From Dimargaris cristalligena (lineage: Eukaryota): a stretch of DNA of 55,540 bases. The stretch is from positions 1 through 55,540 of the forward strand of contig ML002258.1 of NCBI GenBank assembly GCA_003614675.1, written 5' to 3'. Under the pieces are notes generated by a model. It was not told the DNA's origin. It searched no databases and saw only the letters and a list, made by a program, of their open reading frames with translations. Positions 13,294-21,007 of the stretch are shown here, piece after piece (the first letter of the stretch is position 1; each line of letters begins with the position of its first letter). A program made the translations under genes and the position numbers.

Positions 13294-14032
13294 GGGTATT
13301 AGCCCAACCCTCAGTCTTAATCCTGGGGCCCTACAAAATACTAATCTAACAGTATTCATGGTATGTAGGTTCAGAGTTATGGGCATAATAAGGGGATTGA
13401 AGGTTGGCAAGATAAGTGAGTTATAGAATTAAGGGTGTTTAATGACCCCACTCCCTCAAATAAGGAAATTAAATAGGGCTGCTGAAGATTGCTTTATTTA
13501 AGGCAAGAAAAAATACAAATAGTGATTCTTTGATCTACTCTAAGATAATTTAATATCAATTAATCTCACTAACTGTCAGTATAGAGAAGATATTGTGATA
13601 CCCCTCCACCCCCCTCTCCACATAGTCACCCTCCCATGACTACCAGTTAACTTACTCTTATTCAGTTCTGGAGATGAGCCTCATTATGGAGAAATAAAAT
13701 TTGTTTATCTGGGCTTACATTAACATTGAATGCACCTGGATCCAAATTGAAACTCAAAAATATGATGGGGTATTGTTGGGGATTGTAGGATTAGTAGACT
13801 TTGCTGACCACCTAGGTCACCTTGGGTATATCACTCAACTAACTATTCACATAATATGGCTGGTGTTGGAAATATAAATATGATGGTAAATGTAAGTACC
13901 TTTAATTGCAACTATAAAGATTTAAAGAAGAGAGATAGAGCTGCAAGGGGCAAAGCTAGATCCCGCGGTTGGTTTTATTGTATTGGAAATAGCAGTAATG
14001 ATGATAAAAACGTTGTTCTGAGTATAGGATGA

Positions 14033-14174
14033 TATGGGTGAAATTCGGCCCAGCTGTATAATGGTTTCAATAATATATATATGGGGAAATATATGGGATA
14101 TTTATTCTTAACCAGTAATTTTTACTTCATCTAACGGATTTTTCGTTGTACAGTTCAGTTGAATCTCTCCCATA
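14033..14174 (+). mobile_element. ~140-bp MITE-like element, copy A
   Basis: Imperfect TIRs TATGGGTGAAATTC...GAATCTCTCCCATA. Homologous to 15631-15770 and to the inverted copy at 20468-20605 (shared core CATCYAACGGAYTTTTCGTT). Confidence 0.85.
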
Positions 14175-14262
14175 TAATCATAGATAGATAATAGTCCCGG
14201 GTATTAGGACAGACCAATCAGAGTAAAGGATTCGGAGGGGCGGGAGAAATGAATTTCCAACA

Positions 14263-15190
14263 GCTGGTGCTCCGTCCCACTGCGGCCACATCCGATCGGG
14301 ACAGGGAGACGTAACCATCAATCCAGCTACTTCGGGGGGAAGGCAGCTTGTCATCTGGACTATGGTTCTGCCATTGCGAACCATCCGTTTCGGGGGCAGG
14401 AGAGGGCTTTTCCACATCACTGGCATTATTACCCATCATATCCAATGCACCATCGCTGGTATGTTCATCCAATGCAACCGAATACGACATTAAAAGCAAG
14501 CAAAATTTGGGATCAAACACCCTGGCAATCCGATCCAACTACAGGGGCTTGCCGTTACTCTGGAACACCATTTGGGTGGCCATCACTTGTTTGGACAACT
14601 GGTGCGATATCAACAACTAAGTTCCAGTGCAAACGGCCCCGTACGCCTCCAGCATAGCCATACAACGCGCATATTCCCATCGGATCGTTTTCTTAAACTG
14701 CATGTACCAGACCGGCCACTGGGCAAAGAGCTGGCTCAGCATAATCATGGTACCCACCTCTGGGCCAAGGGCCATTTGACTCTTGAGAACCCCCGTGGAG
14801 GTGTAGCTAAGCTGAACACCATGGAGGGACAGGTCCGCCATGGCCGGGGTCACTGTAACATGGGCCAGGGTGCAGAAGGAACTTAATGCTTCGCCACAGA
14901 AACCATACGTCCACATGGTAGTCAGGTCGCCAAAGGTGCACATCTTAGACATGTAGTGTTTGAGGCACAGTGCAGCACAGTTGCCCGTGGTGATCATGGC
15001 CATTGCCGGATACACCCACCAAATCCAAATCGCAGTCCTTGAATTTGGCTTCAATATGCATCGCACCAGCATTGAGACTGTTCTCCACTAGTCCCTTCAT
15101 GGCCGTGGTCAAATCAATAATGACCTGGCCTGAGCAGAACCTGTGGACAGTGGCTGGGTTAATGTGCTTCAGTAAATTGTCTTAGTACAT
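14263..15190 (-). pseudogene. PMS1: MutL-family PMS1 (human PMS2) pseudogene, 5' fragment covering the GHKL ATPase and start of the transducer domain
   Basis: Translation from ATG 15190: MY*DNLLKHINPATVHRFCSGQVIIDLTTAMKGLVENSLNAGAMHIEAKFKDCDLDLVGVSGNGH, frameshift at ~14995, then ITTGNCAALCLKHYMSK...TYGFCGEALSSFC...LFAQWPVW...EYARCMAMLEAYG...IDGYVS...GRSTS. These match the PMS1 motifs VHRICSGQV, KELVENSLDAGA, DNGxG, KHxTSK, GFRGEAL and GRS. Stops at 15184-15182, 14619-14617 and 14541-14539; truncated near MITE A. Confidence 0.92.
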
Positions 15191-15630
15191 AATGGGGGGG
15201 GGGATGTGAATGTGGAGGCTGAGAGGCCACAAATGTGAAGAAATGGAGAGTGGTGTATAGGTGGAAATAGAGCCCCGTTGGCCAATTCGGAAATGCGGAA
15301 TTGAAAAGGAGGCCCCCACGTTAAAAAACGGCCGAAAAAGCTGTCTTGGCGCCAAATAACCGAAAATGGTAAACACGGTCCCAAAGTTAGTACCAATCAT
15401 TTAGATTAAAGGTTTATACTATTCTCCAGCTGATAGAAAATAAGCGAAATTAACGATTGACTCACTATTTACCAGTGTGGGGGGCAGTCCCGAGTGATTA
15501 ATGGGTGGTTTGATTCACTGGAGTGGAGCTACAACCGAATGCCCGCCGAGAGTGACAAACCAATATTACTTGTTTAGTATAAGGAATATCGATGTGGATA
15601 ATGTTAATAAAGCACATTTAGTTGAAATGA

Positions 15631-15770
15631 TATGGGTGAAATTCGACCCAGCTGTACAAGGTTTTAAATGATGTGTATGGGAAAATAGGCAGGAGGTTCA
15701 TTTTTAATCAGTAATTTTTACCTCATCCAACGGATTTTTCGTTATACAGCCTGGTTGAACCTCTCCCATA
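15631..15770 (+). mobile_element. ~140-bp MITE-like element, copy B (same orientation as A)
   Basis: TATGGGTGAAATTCGACCCAGCTGTA...GAACCTCTCCCATA, colinear with 14033-14174. Confidence 0.85.
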
Positions 15771-16662
15771 TTTAAAAGATATTTTTCGAAAGGCAAGTAA
15801 TATTAAACTGCGGTAGAAGATATCCGTGTTATTGTAGCTAGCCGAACTATAACCAGCAAACGATCTAACCAGCCTATAATCGTCGATTTATGTCCCCTTC
15901 ATTCCCAACAACCCTATGGATAGACCAAGACCTACTCCTCAGATCTGTCCAGGCAATTGTCTGACCTAAAATAGTCACCAGCAGTCAAGCATCATTGTAT
16001 AGCAGGTATTCCAGGGCTAATGGTACCTTCGGATGCACAATAGAGCTAGCCCTGGCGTGTTTTACTCCAAATGTTCAACAGTTTGCTCATAAGTGTATAT
16101 AGGCGAGTCTCTATTATTTTAAACGGCCATGAGCTTTGGCAATAGTAAATGCTGCGCCTTGTAGTAAAATGGTGGACCTGAACGCACTAGTCTATCGACA
16201 CACCTACCAAACGCATACAACTCGTTTGCCATTCCATACCACTCGCTTCGCATTTTTTTGAGTAAACCACCGGTATTATCCATAGCCAAGCAGACCAGTT
16301 GGACATTCGAAGGCAGGATCAACTTAATTGCCTTCCCAAATCAAGTAAGGGCAGTCAGCTCAACATCGTTGAGGCCGTCGTGGATAAAATATAATGCCGC
16401 TTTAGTTGAATTTCTACTTAGTAGTAGTCGAGGAATATACCAGATTTGATTACGTAACAACTAGTCGGCGGCGACCACCATGAAACAACAGCAATAATAA
16501 TAATAAAAAACGTAGTGAGAATAGTGGAAAATAAGAGTCAACAAAAGAGAGAGAGAGAAAAAAAGAAGAACGGGGGCAACTACGTAAATATATATAGGCA
16601 TGGGCGTACGTGGGTAGGAAGACGATGGACTAGGCTGGTAAAATAGGGGGGGGTGATGGGAT

Positions 16663-17870
16663 CTATTTGTGAGCGAGCTCCGCGCCCAGTTTGTAGTTGA
16701 GAATCTTATCCCAGTCAATCTTGTTGCGAGTGACGGGCAGGTTCCGTCGCAGACCCTTGAAGATGGACTCCGACAGCTGGGTGTATGTGTCGTTGAGGGC
16801 AAACTGGTACTGCTTTTCGGACGTGCTGATTTGCTTGACCAATTGCCGGGCGTACTCCTTGATTTGGCTACGGTCCACCAGGGGGCCCACCGCATCGGTC
16901 GGAACGGTGAATTCCTTCGTCGAGTTGAGCTGGATGTTGCCGTGTTCGTAGTAATGCACCACCACATGGGCCCGGCCTTTAACTTCGCCCGACGCCAGGT
17001 TCACCGTCCATATGGAGCGCCAGCGACCGTTCCAGAAGTTCTGCGGACTGTATTTGTTGCTCACAATTAAAATGGTCAGAATCTGGACATCATCACCATC
17101 ATGCCCGGCACCGGTACGACCAGCACCGCTATCCTGTTCGTCGCGGGCGTGGTTTTCATGTTCACCTTGGTGGTCGGAGTTCGATTGGGCCGAAGCCTCA
17201 CTGCCGCCATTGATGACCATCACTGCGCCTTCGGGGAAATGCTCGCTAGCGTATTTGGACACGGCCTCGTCCACGACGGCCCGCAATTCTTCGGCGGAGC
17301 TTTCGGCAATGTGGGGCTGGGCATCGGTGGCGATTTGGCGCAGGTGATCGAATTTGAAGATTTGCTTGGAACGGGGGTCAATGAAATGGTCTGCGTCCGC
17401 ACGGTTGTGTTTGGAAATGATAACGGCCCCATCGGTGTCGGGCAGCGTGACAGTCAGTAGCTGTTCGGTGTTGTATTCTTCCAGCACCGGGGTAATGCCC
17501 ACTTGCAGGGCTTCGTCGTTGTTGATGATACCACGGATGTCTAGCAGAAGTGAGTAATGAGCCGGGGGTGGTTTATAGTAGTATATAAGCGAAGGGGAGT
17601 ATGAGTATACGGAGACCCCAACGATATCCCTTCAGCCTCAGCCCGAATGCCCCATCCTTAGGGTTGGTCTATTCAACATGTACCGACTCCATATCAAAAG
17701 TCGGGCACCGAGACTAGCCGAGTTTGAAGGGTAAGTATGGAAGTCATGCCAAGGCTCCATGGGGCCAACCTACCATTGAACACATCGTTGACCTCGCCAG
17801 GCGGGCTGCTCAAAAGAAACCCAGAGGCGATTTTAATCTTTTCTTCGACCGACAGTTCAACGTCACTCAT
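16663..17870 (-). CDS. CAP1: F-actin capping protein alpha subunit, 2 exons (17870-17774, 17540-16663), 324 aa
   Basis: FLLSSPPGEVNDVFN|DIRGII, NKYSPQNFWNGRWRSIW, VHYYEHGNIQL, FKGLRRNLPVTRNKIDWDKI. GTAGGT/TAG intron in phase 1. Confidence 0.97.
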
Positions 17871-19336
17871 CTTGGATAGGATTAGCGGCGGAGATGTAAG
17901 CAAAAATCAAAAACTAATAGTAATGAAGTAGCTAGGAAATGTAATGAGCTGGTATGCGGAATGCAAACTTGAGTTTGGGCAAAATATGGAAAGGGGAAGG
18001 GAGCAGATGGGAATGGGAGTAGTAGCGGCGGAATTCACTGCAGAAGCAACGACAAACAATAGCCCCAGGTAAATGGTCAGCCAAGAGAGTCAGTTGACCC
18101 CACAGGCAAGCAACAAGTAGCCAAGGCAGGGGGAGGTGGATTTATTGTGATGAGGAGGGGGCCAGGCACTGTGATGGGAGTATAGTGGAGCGGAGAGTGC
18201 ATCAACGACTCCAGAATGGTTGGAACTGGGGAAATGGTGCTAACAGTCAGCATAGAACTCACTGGGGAGAGATTCGATGGCCACAGTAGGGGCGACTCCG
18301 AAATGATTCCTAACAAATTTAGGTTTGTAGTTCTGGGGGTGAAAACGGATCATAACAGTCCTAATAGCAATTGGCGTTGGCGAACCACCCTCCATGGCCC
18401 GGTTTAGGAATACGGAAGATGGGGGTGGATACCATCCGTTTTTATTTCCGTTGTGCAGGTTTGTACTCCCGCAAAGAGAGGGTACAGGTGCAATGTTACA
18501 CGGAGATACAGCCCTATAAGAAAGCACCTTGAGTGAACACACTACCTGCTATTATATTCAATACTGCCAGCCTAGACTCCCTATGAAGGTATTGTGCAGT
18601 TCCATTAGAAAATAGCCCTGCCTACAGATCTCAAGGTTGGGATATTTACAGGCCTGGGGAGAGAGATTTGGTAGAATATTTATTGACTAACCTCTGATAC
18701 TCACTGTTCATGGCTACCCCTTTAAAAACCCAAAACTCCCCCATTCAACAGGGGATTGCAGTGGCAAACCTCCCACATGCCTCAAAGTCATACTTGCCAA
18801 GGTTCTTGGTCTAACATGAACTAAATAAAACAGGAAAACCATCTTTATAGACCCACATTTAACCTTATATTGTTCTTCACCCCCCTATCATATGATTCCA
18901 GGATTGTGTATCCACTGGGATGCAGCATGAATGGGTAAATATAAGGGGAGATATATGCACATGGATAAGGTGCAGGAGTTTGACATCTACTCCAAAATTG
19001 AGCATTATGGGTAGCCTAGTGGTTCAGCTTCATTACACCTGTCCAATGGGAGCAGTGGTACAGCCTGGGTAGCCCAATACTATAGTTTAGACATAATAAC
19101 TCAGCTTGTTATTATGAAACAGCTGGCTGGGTTTGGTCAAGGGCCACATGGCTAAATATTGAGTTGTAAGTTGTAATATGGGAGTAGTTCAATAAGGCTG
19201 TATAATGAAAAATCCATTTGATAAGGTACAGTCATGGCCAGTAAAAGTGAGACACCTAGTCTTAGTGTAAAAAAAAATAAAAAATGCCTATTTCCCAATT
19301 TGATGTATCTACTTATATATATATAGCTATTTATAG

Positions 19337-19920
19337 TGTTACCCAGGTTAACCACTCTTAGTCTGTCAAGAGTCTTGAGGATAGGCTTCTAACAGTAGAT
19401 GGGGCTTGGGCTCAGCCAAGCAGGTTACTAGAATTAGGTATAGACACAGTACTAACCAATAAAGGTTTCAGCATAGGTATAGGCAAGGGATATACAGTAG
19501 GCATACTTACTAGTTAGTATGGGGGGGTGAGTATATATAGGGTTTATTAGGGGTAAACCAGGGGAGTAAGAATAAACTAAGGAATCTTACCAGTTCCAAT
19601 GGGGCCTAGTTATATATATATAGGGATACCTCTGGAGGGAGGTCCCAGGGGAAGGATATTACTAAGACTAAGGTATAGGTAAATAGGCTAACTGGATGAC
19701 TATTAGTATCTGGAAGACTCTGATGGTGACCAGAAGAGTCTTTGGATTAGTACTTAAGTGATTAGTATAAAGAGGCAGAGTCCAGAAGGGAAAGGGTTAT
19801 ATGATATAGAGTAGTCCCATAGTACCAGGGATGACTATAGGAAGGTTAATATGGTACTATAAGGCCTAATAGGGATGGACACTACAGTATCTGGATTAAG
19901 GAGGATTAGATGGTCTGACA
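19337..19920 (-). mobile_element. Solo LTR-like repeat, copy 2
   Basis: Minus strand begins TGTCAGACC and ends GGGTAACA (TG...CA termini). TATATATA at ~19611-19622, then AATAAA at ~19548-19543. Homologous to 12752-13293. No CpG. Confidence 0.8.
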
Positions 19921-19984
19921 ATTGCAACACCCATTTTTTTTTAAAAAAAACCCTTATGCCAGCAAGAGCAACTCTTCCTCCTCC

Positions 19985-20248
19985 TACCCCTGTAATTTGT
20001 GTGGTAAAATATACCAGTTTTGGTAAGGCTTGACTAAGCACACAAAATTGCAATATCCCAATAGACACTATGCTTATGCTAAGTGTGACCTGGAGTTTGC
20101 TGGAAATTTGGAATACCAAAACCATTTAAAGATCCACAAACCTAAGAAGTATTTACACTGTAAATTTTGCCATCGGAAATTTATTTACAATCTGTCCTTC
20201 CAACTTCACTTGAAATCCCATACTGAGGAGAAAACCCCCTCTACCTGA
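19985..20248 (+). pseudogene. Decayed C2H2 zinc-finger gene fragment (3 fingers)
   Basis: YPCNLCGKIYQFW*GLTKHTKLQY / YAYAKCDLEFAGNLEYQNHLKIH / HCKFCHRKFIYNLSFQLHLKSH keep C-x2-C-x12-H-x3/4-H spacing. There is a TAA at 20024 and two ligand positions read Tyr (20054, 20075). Confidence 0.8.
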
Positions 20249-20467
20249 ACAATGTGTGAAGAAAAAAACATCTGACATGAAATATCTTACGGGCCGCAGG
20301 AATACTTTAGATACAAACTATTGTCACACTTCCTTCTGATTTATCAATAAATATTATTTGTCGCAATGATTATAGTAGTCACCCCTGTGTTGAAGTCCAG
20401 TGCACTGGTTAACAACCTATTGACCGGGCATGGTCATCAACCAAAACTGATGGGCAGCAAGGGTGTA

Positions 20468-20605
20468 TATGGGAGAGGTTTTGCTAAGCTATATAACGAA
20501 AAGTCCGTTGGATGAGGCAAACGTTGGTAAAAATGGATCCGACGTCTATCTTCCCCTGGAAATATTATTTAAAACCTTCTACAATTAGTCCCGATTTCAC
20601 CCACA
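20468..20605 (-). mobile_element. ~140-bp MITE-like element, copy C (inverted, more diverged)
   Basis: Reverse complement reads TGTGGGTGAAATCGGGAC...CCTCATCCAACGGACTTTTCGTTATATAG...AACCTCTCCCATA, matching copies A and B. Confidence 0.8.
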
Positions 20606-21007
20606 TTAACTTAGGCGAATAGTGTGGCCACATGAAGGTGCTGGATTTTGATCTGCCAGCCAAATTATATAAAGTAATGTTGAAAAGAAGCCACAGCAGT
20701 GGTCGATTATTTTTAGTGTATTGTAGCATTTGTCACATTTTATTGTTTTAGTTAAATACTGTGCACCTACTAAACCAGGCCGTTTACTAATTATTTTTTA
20801 GATTGCGATATTCGAGCTAATCTATAATGTGCCTTCAGTTAAATACATTTTAGAAAAACCTATAGGATAAATAATTGTAGATAAAGCCTTTGAAAATAAT
20901 AAACCGGCAGAATAAATGGTTCAGGGAAATGATAATAAGGCTACTGGTGCACTTTTGGGTGTGAAATATATATATATATAACGAATTGGCCAGATGACCT
21001 AGGTGGC

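Noticed and set aside
17100-17215. Acidic/His-rich insertion in capping protein alpha
   Set aside because: Variable low-complexity insertions at this loop are usual in fungal homologs.
12752-19920. Full-length LTR retrotransposon
   Set aside because: No gag/pol, PBS, PPT or shared TSD, and the interval contains an intact host gene.
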